DNA from: Marsupella aquatica
Taxonomy: Eukaryota; Plantae; Marchantiophyta
Assembly (NCBI GenBank): GCA_973895155.1
Contig: OZ316894.1
Location: forward strand, 3,186,944 to 3,250,943
DNA: 64,000 nucleotides
Direction of reading: 5' to 3'
Shown here piece by piece: positions 12,405 to 24,123 of this stretch. The notes under the pieces were generated by a model that had not been told where the DNA came from, searched no databases, and was given only the letters and a program-made list of their open reading frames with translations. Every line of letters begins with the position of its first letter. Positions within the stretch are counted from its first letter, which is position 1. The translations under genes were made by a program, and so were the position numbers.

Positions 12405-15344
12405 ATGGGGACTCCAATGGTAGCCATCATGAAGCAGAGCTGTATTCTTTTTCTTGTGTGTCTCCTAGTTGATCCTTTGGTTGCTGCCGTCACTGACCCT
12501 GTCGAAGTATCAGCACTCCTTGCCTTTAAGGCGAGTTTGAAGGACCCAGATGGTAACTTGGGGAGCTGGGGAACGTCAGGTACCGACCCCTGTGCGCTTC
12601 CATGGCAGGGAATTTTTTGTGTGCAGACGGACTATCCCGCCTCCCTTGCTGGCAGCACGTACGCACACGTGACGGAGCTGCGACTCCTTAACCTCAATTT
12701 GGGTGGTCAGCTGGTCCCTGAACTGGGAAACTTTACAGCATTGAAGTACCTGGATGTTATGTGGAATAGTATGACGGGATCCGTCCCAGCCACTATTGGA
12801 AGTTTGAGCAATTTGGCTCTCCTCTTGCTCAATGGTAATCAGTTCACAGGGTCTCTTCCTGAAGATCTCGGGAAGCTGACGAATATGCAAAGAATTCAAG
12901 TTGATCAAAACAGGTTTAGTGGGCAACTTCCGAGGAGCTTCAACCGGCTGACTAGCATTCGACATTTCCATATGAACAACAATTCTTTCAGTGGCACTCT
13001 CCCTACAGGCCTTGGCAGTCTACCAAAATTGGTGCATGTCTTACTGGACAACAACAATCTTACTGGGACATTGCCAAATGATTTGGCGAACGCTCCAAAC
13101 CTTCTTATCATTCAGCTGGATAACAACCAGTTTGACAGTTCTGCTACTATCCCACCCAATTATGCACTGATTCCCACGCTTCTGAAGCTGAGTCTGAGAA
13201 ATTGCAGCTTGCAGGGTATTATTCCAAATTTCACCACTGCACGAAATTTGAGTGTCTTGGACTTGAGTTCCAATCACTTCAACGGGTCAATACCGAGTGC
13301 ACCGTATCCGGTCAGCATGACAGCGATTGACGTCTCATACAATCAGCTAAGTGGTCCTGTGCCTGACAGTTTGGGGAACCTACAACAGCTGCAGTTCCTG
13401 GATGTGAGGAACAATAAACTTCAGGGTGATATTCCAGCCAATTTGGGAACAGGGGCTTCCTTTAATAGCAGCGGTCCAATTATACTGGACTTCCAGAGCA
13501 ATTCACTCCAGCTTGCCAATAACTCGAACCTGGCAGCACTTCAAAGTCGTGGTAATGTGCAAGTGTGGTTGGCCGGAAACCCTTCTGCTTGCAGCGGTCC
13601 CAACCCTGCGGCGTCCAACCCACTGTGCAATCCGACCGATGTAGGAGCGTTCCTTGGGGGTAATAATGGACAGGGTGCTCCAGCGAATAGCCAATGTTCT
13701 CCGTGTAATTCCCCTTATGTCCTGGTCCCCTCGACTGACGCCAATCAGTGTAGATGTGCTGAGCCCATCACTGTGAGGTATCGACTCAAGAGTCCAGGCT
13801 TTCTTGTGTTCGATCTTTACGAGGAGGCGTTTCGGATTTACATGGCTTCGGGGCTGAACCTTACCGAAGCTCAGGTGCAGATTGGAGACTATCAGTACGA
13901 GTCGGGTCCTAGGATTGCGATCACCGTTTTGTTGTTTCCAACTGGTCCGACTTTTGATGACCTGTCAATCAATACTCTTTACAACGATTTTGCCAACTGG
14001 CGGATTCCTGATAGCTCTGTTTTCGGACCTTACGAGCTCATTCAGTTCATACCCCCGGGTGGTAACAATTCGGGAGGCGGCAGAGCTAGTGGATTGTCTG
14101 GGGGAGCAATAGGTGGCATCATTGCTGGAAGCGTCCTGTTTACAGGAGTCTTGGCAGCATTTTTGATGTTCTGGTGCTTGCGAAGGCGCGGTTGGGATCC
14201 GAAAGCTGCTGGACAGCGGGTATTGAGGAAAACTGGGTTACGGAGTACGATCAAAGTAGCTGGTGTGAGGACCTTTACCTTTGAGGAGATGGTCAAAGCA
14301 ACAGACAACTTCAACGAGAAGAAGGTCCTGGGGGAAGGAGGGTATGGAAAGGTGTACTTTGGTACTCTGGAAGATGGTCAAAAGGTGGCTGTGAAGCGTG
14401 CCGAGGAGGGATCACTTCAAGGTGCCACTGAGTTTGAGACTGAGATACAGCTGTTGTCTCGTGTCCACCACCGTAATCTGGTCTCTCTTGTGGGTTATTG
14501 TAACGATGAGGGGGAGCATTTTCAAGGCGAGCAGATGCTGGTGTATGAGTTTATTTCGAATGGCACTTTGAGAGATCATTTGAGGACCACAAAATTGTCT
14601 TTAGACGTGGTAACACGTCTCCGAATTGCGCTTGGATCAGCCAGGGGTATACATTACCTTCACACCCAGGCAGACCCACCAATATTTCACCGTGACATAA
14701 AAACCACCAACATATTACTCGACGAAAAGTACAATGCGAAGGTAGCAGACTTCGGGCTTTCGAAACTTGCTCCAACTGATGTTGACTTTGAAGGAGCGAA
14801 TGCTGGTCATGTCTCCACCATGGTCAAGGGTACTCCGGGATACCTTGATCCCGAGTACTTTTTGACTCACAAGTTGACGGACAAAAGTGATGTCTACAGC
14901 TATGGTGTGGTGTTGCTGGAGCTCATAACTGGAATGCCTCCTATATCTCAGGGCAAGAACATCATCAGGGAGGTGAATACAGCCTACAGCGGAGGACAGC
15001 TGACCCAAATTGTTGATCCCAAAATGGGTTCCTACCCCATTGAGACATTGGAGCCTTTATGTAGATTAGCATTGGCTTGCTGCCACAGCGACACAGATTC
15101 TCGCCCCAGCATGGCAGAAGTATTGCATGAGTTAGAAGAGATTTGGAAGGAGACACCGTGGTCTGATGTGGGTTCTCACAGCTATATCGGAGATTTAGGA
15201 GACCATCCCGACTTCGGTTCTCAAACAGCTAGAGGGTTTTCTCGGGGTTTCTCTTCCAGTATGAACTATACTGATACCTCAATGTCACAGAATAGTACGT
15301 CAGATCTAATAAGCCACACAAATATCAATGTCCTCCCAAGGTAG
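12405..15344 (+). CDS. Leucine-rich repeat receptor-like kinase, LRR-VIII-1 subfamily (At1g06840-like), single-exon CDS, ~979 aa
   Basis: Uninterrupted ORF; first ATG at 12405 (alternatives 12417, 12429). It has a signal peptide, an LRRNT cap (W..DPC..W.GIFC), about 11 plant-type LRRs, the subfamily-typical CxCAxP..YRLKSPGF..GPR..FGPYEL juxtamembrane domain, a TM helix and a complete RD kinase (GEGGYG, VAVK, HRDIK, DFG, GTPGYLDPEY). Confidence 0.95.
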   Translation: MGTPMVAIMKQSCILFLVCLLVDPLVAAVTDPVEVSALLAFKASLKDPDGNLGSWGTSGTDPCALPWQGIFCVQTDYPASLAGSTYAHVTELRLLNLNLGGQLVPELGNFTALKYLDVMWNSMTGSVPATIGSLSNLALLLLNGNQFTGSLPEDLGKLTNMQRIQVDQNRFSGQLPRSFNRLTSIRHFHMNNNSFSGTLPTGLGSLPKLVHVLLDNNNLTGTLPNDLANAPNLLIIQLDNNQFDSSATIPPNYALIPTLLKLSLRNCSLQGIIPNFTTARNLSVLDLSSNHFNGSIPSAPYPVSMTAIDVSYNQLSGPVPDSLGNLQQLQFLDVRNNKLQGDIPANLGTGASFNSSGPIILDFQSNSLQLANNSNLAALQSRGNVQVWLAGNPSACSGPNPAASNPLCNPTDVGAFLGGNNGQGAPANSQCSPCNSPYVLVPSTDANQCRCAEPITVRYRLKSPGFLVFDLYEEAFRIYMASGLNLTEAQVQIGDYQYESGPRIAITVLLFPTGPTFDDLSINTLYNDFANWRIPDSSVFGPYELIQFIPPGGNNSGGGRASGLSGGAIGGIIAGSVLFTGVLAAFLMFWCLRRRGWDPKAAGQRVLRKTGLRSTIKVAGVRTFTFEEMVKATDNFNEKKVLGEGGYGKVYFGTLEDGQKVAVKRAEEGSLQGATEFETEIQLLSRVHHRNLVSLVGYCNDEGEHFQGEQMLVYEFISNGTLRDHLRTTKLSLDVVTRLRIALGSARGIHYLHTQADPPIFHRDIKTTNILLDEKYNAKVADFGLSKLAPTDVDFEGANAGHVSTMVKGTPGYLDPEYFLTHKLTDKSDVYSYGVVLLELITGMPPISQGKNIIREVNTAYSGGQLTQIVDPKMGSYPIETLEPLCRLALACCHSDTDSRPSMAEVLHELEEIWKETPWSDVGSHSYIGDLGDHPDFGSQTARGFSRGFSSSMNYTDTSMSQNSTSDLISHTNINVLPR

Positions 15345-18300
15345 CATGTTCCTCTTATCTTAGTGGCTTCTATAACTAATGTTGAATGGTTCCTTCGTTG
15401 GAAGAGATGTGACGAGCTTCGTCCTTGTTATTGATCAACAGTTCTAGCTGGTGGACCCTTTGAAGCTTTTGACCAGGTGCTGCAACTAAAGTGATTCCAT
15501 TCTCAAATGATTACGCGGTGCGATATTGCCTGGAGAGGAAATTTTTACGGCAGTCCCTCAAATGCTGCAAGGTTGGATTGAATTAGTATACCGAGGAAGA
15601 TCTTAGTCTAAGGGTAAGATCCCCGTCACCCATGAACTGAGGCTACGGTTGGTGGCGTTGAGTGCTCCACTCAGCGAAAAGGATCGTCCTGCGAAATATG
15701 ACGAGCCCCTTGACTACTTCGTGAAGCCCTCACGTACACGAGGGTTCACCAGTTATGTGTTTACATTCCTAGTTTCATTTTTTGCTGCCTTTTCCATGCT
15801 ACAGGCTTTCAGGAGATGGACAGTTGTCTCTTGTCGCACAAATGTCTTGAAGTTTGTTATTGATGCCGTGCTCACCAATGTTTTAGGCACATTACTTTTA
15901 CTTAGGCTGTTTCGGATGGCACAGAGGGGGCCAGTCAGGGTCATACATCCTTGAAGCTGTATACGAGTAAAACAGGAAGGTTTCATCAGCTAGAAGAGCA
16001 ATAGCGTATGTATAATGTCACATTGGTTGTTCCTGCTTATAAGTCCTCGAGTGCGTGTCACTGCAATTGGAGGCTGAATTGTTGGAGAATCCATGTTCGA
16101 GAGGACGTACCACGAATACTCACTTTGAGAGGAATTAAACGACCTTTCTCCGAATTTTCAATTAGACGGTAATGTAACGTGTTCAAAGACGTGTCATCCA
16201 TCCGGGCATTGGCAATGGACTGGTGCGCCGAATCCCACTGTTGTTGTGGAATGTGAATTTATGCTGACTGTGGAACAATAGATTGTACAAAGAAGGTTCT
16301 CCTGATAGCCATTATTTCGTGAGGTAGACGAAATCAGTCTCGAAGCACATTCCCGTTTATAAACGAATACTTCTACTAACAAGGGATCAGTTACAGTAGT
16401 CTCGTCTACATGATTGAATGTCGACCAAGTCCTCGTTTGACCCAGTTCTAACCAGATGGTCTTCCCCTAATTGAAATTTCTCAGAACAGGATTCATTTTG
16501 GACGAAGCTACAACACCTGTTCTCCATCTAGAGGCAGGAAAACGTAGTAGACATTATCAGCCACCAAAGACGAAAAGCAAACAGCCACATGTAGAGATAA
16601 GTGATGCATAGAATGATGTTTACAGAGGTTGGAATATACCCTGGAAGAGAAAACCTCGACTATTGGTGACTCCAGTAGTCAGTGTCCTAGTCTTCCGGTC
16701 AACGTTTTTCCTTGTGCAATTGGTTGGCTTTAAAGGGCTGCCCAGGCGTCTCTCGTCGCACCCTTTGCGGCTCTCCTAGGGGGAGCTCTCAACATACGAC
16801 ATAGATTTGAACTTTTGGAAAGCTACTGTATTAATTCATGGTCCAGAATGCAAAAGAGTATGATGCTTCGTGAGAGTTTCTGGAAGTCAGGCTGTGGCTA
16901 AATTCTATTAGCTCACGGCATCGCGCATATGGGAGAGTTTTATCTACTGTACTCTCCTAATTGTTGCACTGTGGGTCGAAAACAAATTGCTCATGTCCGC
17001 CATTGTCTATATCGGTTAAATACGTTGGACAGAGTAGCTCCCTTGGATGGTGCAAGAGAAATAGGGGAAATTCAAAACGGTTTCTCTCCCCTCACTCTCC
17101 ATTTGATCAGTTATAAAGTCTTGTAGAGAGGAATCTTGATAAAGATGCAATAATGCAGGTCAAATATACTTGCATTACTTTTGAAGGGGTGAAGTGGCTA
17201 TTGTTCGCTGAGGAAAATGGATGATGTACATGATCCTGTTTCTTTGTTTTAACAAAGTCGTCTCTTTTGGACGGTCGACTTATTCTAAGTCAGTAAGGGG
17301 CTGAAAGCACGGCCAACTCTAGTTAAGGCTGTAGCTCAAAGCTATCCGAATCTCTTTGGAAAGTTTTTGAAATGTCCGGTTTCAGCTTTCAATTTCGAGT
17401 TGATGATTAGGATTTCTTGGGTTCGTGACAAAACGTGATTGCCCGATCAACTCAAATCTTTTCCGTAATGGCTTTTTATCTTCGACTTCATCCTTTCATG
17501 CTCAAGAGATGATTTCTCGAAAAAGGCCATTCTGGACAATTTCTCCAACCTAGGGGGAAATCAGCCCTTTTCTGTATGGAAAAAGGCTGTTTTACAGAAA
17601 ACAAGTCGCAGACAATAGATAAGAATGAATTTCCCCCTTCCTGGACAGCAACATGAGAACTTTGCCAAAGTTCTCCTTTCAAAGGTCCATGCCAATTGGG
17701 GTGTTGCTCGCAAACATTTGTGACGCGCGCAATTTGTTAGATACAATAGACAAATGCAGCGAGCTTCCACTTCACAGTCGCCACTATTGATTCGAAATGT
17801 CCCAAGCTTTCGAGTGGAGGTGGGACTGGCATTGGGCTCTCTAGCTCTATGTCCTCTTCGCAATTAGTGGCTCACCCCTATACTCACCTGGGCTGTTTTA
17901 GTGGGGTTGGGCTTCAATTAATGGTGCCCTTTTATTGGCCAGGGCGTCTACAGGTACGAGACTAGGCTTTGAGCACGGGTTGCTTTCCTCCCACTCATTC
18001 GATTGAAAGGTGTTATCAAGGTGGTAGACCTGGTTTAAATCTTCCTCCAATACGGAAGGTTGATTCTGCTATTGGTGATAAAGGGAGCTATACGGGAAGT
18101 GCACAAAATCGAGAGAAGGAAATCAACAACGGAGCTCTCAGGCAAGGTTTATCCTATAGTGGGAGAACTAGAGAAACGGTTTCTCACTCTGAGCCCCTTT
18201 GGAACTTATCAACACAGCAAGAGGGAACTTCTACTATCGGTATCCCTGTGTGCTTGTTTGATCCGGAAATTGCGATTAACCTTGCTATTTCGCAAGCGCA

Positions 18301-20359
18301 CAAATTTGAGCCGGACTACATCTTGAGAAAGAAGGTTCGATTGGAGAAGAAGGATAAGGAGGTCTTAAGGGTGAATTGTGTTACACAAGCGGAAGAATTG
18401 GAGCAAGATAATTTGGAGCAGGCTCTGCTCAATAAATCTTTACCTGGTGCTCCCTCAGGGTTACAGTGTAGCGTTCAGAGGCGTAACGACTTGTTGCATC
18501 CTGCAGAAGAGGAAGATCAAATTGAACTAAAATTCAGAAGAGATCAAGAGGCTGCGGTCCGTGGGTGGCAAGTGGTGCAATTGGTATAACCCCCGCCGTA
18601 AGCATTCTCTCACGGTCTCTTCATCTAGAGTGGCAATAATTTGTGACTTATTTAGTGGGTTCTCTTGACGGACTGTGGCACGAGACGCATGCATAAGACA
18701 GAAAGTCGTAGCGACGACGTGAAACATACTCGAATAATTATGAATCACTTCTACTTCGTGCGTGGATGCATTTTCTTGGGGGGTTCTAGAACGGAAATGA
18801 GGAAGAACACTTAGTAGACTCCCCACCCCATTTAGTGACATACATTCATACTGTGTGGATGCAGTTTTAGCTGCACTAGACTCGAGTCGAGGTCCTCTTC
18901 AAAACTTGGGGGAGACGTAAGTTCTGTGAACGTTTTGAACCTTCTCATTCGCTTCTAGAGGTTCTGTGAAGTTCAGTCAATATATATGAAGCACACGCCC
19001 ACGACAAACAAGATAACATTGGACAATAACATTACGAATTCGCCGCCTGATAGTGCCAGATAGTGCCAGACAAGGCAATAAGCTCGGGACAGGTAGATAT
19101 CGGAGATGTTTCAGAGAGATCAATTGATAATCAGTTGCAACACACAATGGATGTCAAACGAACTCCTCGCTCTCGGCCGGCAAGGGCAATGAAAGGAGCC
19201 ATTGCACTCGATCAAGGAGAAGATGTAGATTGATCTCACTGGACGTTCGTTTTTCAATCGGAAGGTGTCTGGCACAAAGTTTGTCAATAGCTAAGACACA
19301 AACGAGCACGAGATGTGAACAGGAGTGTAGAGCTAGCTTGTGGAGTTGATACAGAAAGAATGAAAAATTGACTCTCCATGAGACAACCCGATGCACTGCA
19401 GACCCGTTGAGAATTGAGGGCGGCGCGCATGGTGAAAATTGAATTCAAATTTTAGGAAACTCGCTACCCGCGGCACCCTCACATGAACTGTCATCGACAA
19501 CAGCTAGAAAACGTCTAAGACTGTAAACCGCTCACTACGTAACACTTGTGTGTCTAGGAGCTCCAAATTGGATGATGAAAATTTTGTCGATTCGGATGAG
19601 CAGATTTAGAGAAGCGGACGGATTCTGACTGATAGCAACCAATTCATTGAAGCTGGCTGGGGCGGTTGCGACACCAGCAGTTTCATCAGAAGAACGCCAA
19701 GGTGCAGACAAGTGTTATTGTTGTTTACCACGATCTCTGGTCACATGACGTCTGAGAAGCAGTTGAAGATGGAACCAGTCATTTCTATCACCGCCGCGAA
19801 AGGTGAGGGAAAGCTCATTCAATTTTCGTTTTCTAAGGGAAGCGAAGGTGAGGCTCGTATTTCTCTGTTTGTGGTTGAAAATATTTCCTAGAGATGGAGA
19901 TCGAGAATGATGGTTCCTTCGTTGTTGGTCCTCAGATTATTCTGGGTTAATTAATCAGTGACACATGAGACTAGAATCTAGTCTATGAGACAGGAACAGA
20001 TATTTCTTTACCAGCTGTCGAGGGGCATGACTAGTTTGGAAATTATATGTGGATCATAAGTGAGTTAAGCGAGATTGAATACCAAGTAAATCTCGGAAAA
20101 TGATCAAATTTGCCTTGCCGACTGCATGTGCTAAATTGGTAATCGAGACCTTAGGGGAGATGATAGGTACGTATAAGTCTGGAAGAAACGGTGGGCATGT
20201 ACATGATCTTAGAGTTTTCCTTGTGACAGTTGTGTACATTATTGTAGAATGGAAGGTGTTTGTCGAGGTGATCTCAGAAGTTCGGGGTTTATGGAATTAA
20301 TAATAAAGCGGTCTGGATCCGATACTGCAGGGACGCTACGGTCGCGTGTGAAAGACGCC

Positions 20360-23300
20360 ATGTTACGACAGATCAAATCGCAAACCAGCTGGATCACTTT
20401 GATCGGCGCATGTCTCATCGTGTGCTTCGTTGCGGTTCACTCAAACTCGCGATCGGTGCCCTCACAGCTTCTCGATCGTGGTGAGTACGAGTGTATGACC
20501 CATTAGTGTAACTTACTCAGATGATGACCCATGCTTTCCCTGATTCGATCTCGTTACACTGAGAAGTTGCTACCTGTTGGTAGGATCGAGGCCCTGTCTG
20601 ACTGCAAAGAATATCAAGTCCTTCGATGTGTGGGTTTCGGATTGAAAATCTCATACATTCAACGAGGATTCCGACGACAGATGGGAAACGCATCAGACTA
20701 ATGTTTAAAGAGCATTTCATCTGTGGGATCTCATGGATTCGTGTAAGCTTTGAACAATGAGGCTTGTGATTAAACTTTCTCGTCAAATTTGACCTGTTTT
20801 CAACTTGCTCGATCAGCTGCCTTCTTGTTTTCTACTTTCCTTCCTGAGCTACCAGGGCTAGGGGAAGAGTCTGGAGAGCGTGTTGGACAAAAATGTATTT
20901 TTGTTTCATTGGATAAGAGAATGCGATTTGTTCCTGGTTCAAAATGAAATGCAACCAGCTAGCGAGGAAACCAATTTGGTCCCAAGGTGACAACCTGGTT
21001 AGAGTGTCTGATTTGAATACAACGAAGATTCTCATTCAAGCAGAATGTACACATGCTGACTGGGAGAGCGCTGTCCAGAGGAGCTTTACTCAAAGTCGAG
21101 CACGCAACATGTTGAGAAGCGGAAGGCGTGGATGACCAGGGCAGCTGAATGGGAGATCCAGGATGGGGTTCGAAATGGGGAGGACGACAAAAACTGGGCT
21201 GGTCGACAGAAGATGTTCAAATTGCGGTCGGAAGCGTCGTTGTGGTGGGACGAGAGCGCGGAGGAGTACTTCATATCCAAGCTGGAGCAGACCCAGTTCC
21301 CAGCCAACTGCTCCGAGGCTCACGTGATTGTGCAACCTGAGTGGTCTTCAGGTTATTCATTCTGACTTACATTCCTTGCACTGTCAACCAGAATCATCTA
21401 ATGTCCCGACTTTCAACCGTTCAGCCCCTTTCCCCCAGAACTGAAAGGGTATTTCATATCGCCAGTTTGTCGATCGTCTAAAACAGGTGTACATGAAATT
21501 AAATTGCTGCTGAGATCTGAGTCGCAGCCAAGTTGAACTGGGAACACTCATGAACTTCCGAGGTACTGATTTGGCACTTTGCACTTGGGCCGTTTTATCA
21601 AGATGGAATTGTTAGCATATTCAAGACATTCTTGAAGTTTAATCTTTACTCGAGCCGGCGAGAAAATTGTCTTCCATATGAGAAATCCGAAGCTCGCCTG
21701 CCGGCCACGCAGAAGTTCAGTACGCTGTTTTGAAGCTAACCGATGGATTGAGCTAATTTAGTGCACATGAATTCATGCTGCAGGCCTTCTGTCAGCTCTG
21801 CATGTCTCCCTGTTCCCTCTATTTTTTGCGATGCTGAGGAGGCACACTTTCATACCTGTCTCGTACCCAGGGCAAAGGCTCCCTGCCTTTGATGGTTGCG
21901 GACCAACCGATACCGAACGAAACTTGCTGTGCTATTTCAATTTCACGAGCTGCAACCTCACGGATGACCCGAGGATGACGCAGATCCTGAGCCAGCCCAT
22001 GAAAGACGCGAGGAAAGACGAAGAGAAGAGAACGACTTATGACGAGCTGCTTATGGTGCCAGACGATTTTTTCTCTCCAGGCGGAGTCACCGTAATCCGA
22101 TCTTTCAAATGGAAGATGTGGGACAACGAGGTTTTGGTCGCCTCTAGCGCCCTCTCGTCGTTCTACGAGGCTTTCATTCATCAGAAGTTGACTGTTTGGG
22201 ACGCCATGGGATACCACGGGAAGGTCGGTGTTGTGAGAAGCACAGCGAACCAGACTGCCAGCTCGTCGAGCGTAAACAAAAGTCTGGTGAGTTCCATCTA
22301 TCTCAGTACCAAAACTTGGTACACTTGCTACTTTAGTGAATCAAGCCAAAATTCTCCATGAGCTTGAAAGTTTCAATATGCCTCAATTGCAGCATATATA
22401 ATTGCCGTACAGCAAGGCATGCACAAATCTCGACGGAGCTGAATCCACATTCATTCACATAAACAATGTATTATAGTGGATATATCTGAACTGTACCAAA
22501 ACATAAACCCAGTTAGTACCCAATCTGATCCAGGTGAACTGCAAAATAGACCACTGGATAATTGCTTAATATCTTGAGTATCGTAGTATTAACGTTCCGG
22601 GTGGCTATTTTCGGTATCAACCGGTAGAACGCTGGTCACAGGAAGAAGATGAGAACCGTGTAGTCTTTCATTTGTCTATGATCGGTATCAGGGCACATTT
22701 CAAGGCTAATTATTTTCCCCGTCGGTAGGATCTCCAAAAACTCTGTAATAGTGAAACGTTGGCCTGGAATCCACTCTGTCTAGTGCATGCCTGAGTGTGG
22801 ACTTACTTGTGGCAGGAGTCGAGGCAACAGCGAGTTAATATGGTATTGCTATCTCTTATGAGTTCATGGATGCTCAACCGAATGCCAAACAAAGTGACCG
22901 ATATTGCTGACGAGATCATGTCCCGATATGCAGACAATTTGGGCCAGCCAATTTGGAAGGCGCCTGTCCTTGCCATTCATATTCGACGAACAGATAAAAC
23001 AGTGAGAGCCTCAACTTAGGAATCCATGAAGCCTTTCAATCTGTTCCATATGTGCCGCGTCATACAAGCTTAGCTTGCTCTACAATGACATTGTTTGTCT
23101 GAATTAGAAAGACTGGGGACACCAGACCTGACCTTTCACAGGCTGACGTTGTTTGTGAGGGAAGATGGAGAATCCAACAAGAGACTTCTATTTTACAGCT
23201 TTTCCATACTGACGGCGTTTTAAGTGGCAGTTATTAAGGTTTGGTAAATTCAAGAATGTAGTCCAGTCAGTTGTGCTGAAATCTAATCGGTAAATCCTCG

Positions 23301-24123
23301 TTTCTAGTAGCTCAATCATCTAAGTCTCCTCCTTGCTAGAATCAGAAATCCCTTTAAAGTAGCACTTGGCAGGCTGCCTTAGTAGGTTTTGTGTCTGCAA
23401 TGTGCATAAGTCATGGCCCAAAGTAACAACACACATATTTACTTGTTCCCCAAAAGTCAGGAATTGACAATTCTTATCTATTCTCACCGTTGCGCACTTA
23501 TGAACTTTTTGAAAGAACCTCTTGATAAGGTCGTCTTTGATGCGGCTTTGATGAGACTGTTTCTGAAAAGGTCTGCATCCAGGTCCCCACCAAAATTAAT
23601 TAGGCATAAATATCTCAATGTGTGGGACTTGCAGGGTGAGGATCCTTATTTCAAAGAGAATGAATCTTACCGGCCGGTTAAAGACTTTGTACAACATATG
23701 CAGCAGATGGAGAAGCACTATGGCTTCGAGTGGCCATCCATTTTCATCATCTCCGATTCAGGCACAGCAAGGCAGGAGTTCACAACACTGCTAAATGGGA
23801 ACCATTCAGAAGCTCCAGCTCCAACTCCTCAGCTCCAACAGGATGGGAAGCGATATATCATGTACGACTGGATTTCTGATGAGCATTTGATAGAAAAGTA
23901 CGGAGCCCACCAGCGTGTGCCCTCACATCTCAAGCATGACATGCAACTCCACTTCCTTGCCAGTCTTTACATCGTTCAGTGGATTGCTGATCATGCTTTT
24001 GTCACGTACAGCTCTAACGTTGGCAGATTCATTGGTGAGATAATGAGTGCCAAGCACAAAATGGCTTTTGTTGGTACCGAGGGCCCGGTCGTAACGTCTC
24101 TTGATTGGGAATGGTTTTATTGA
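20360..24123 (+). CDS. GT23 / alpha-(1,6)-fucosyltransferase-like type II membrane glycosyltransferase, 5 exons, ~523 aa
   Basis: Manual model with GT-AG introns in frame: 20360-20480, 21079-21351, 21784-22286, 22816-23001, 23635-24123 (1572 nt). It has an N-terminal TM (WITLIGACLIVCFVAV), QFPANCSEA (FUT8 QNPKDCSKA-like), motif I PVLAIHIRRTDK, motif II IFIISDS and motif III ADHAFVTYSSNVGRFIGEIM. Confidence 0.8.

Noticed and set aside
15649-15954. Small hydrophobic ORF downstream of the RLK
   Set aside because: TTG start, no recognisable motif, probably within the 3' UTR.
18527-18841. Possible L1 RT motif (TVRQENPL)
   Set aside because: A single weak match with no other RT motifs nearby.
23413-23634. 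N-terminal part of the 236-aa ORF as a separate gene start
   Set aside because: It lies in intron 4 of the GT23 model; similarity to the family begins after the acceptor TTGCAG|GGTGAG at 23635.
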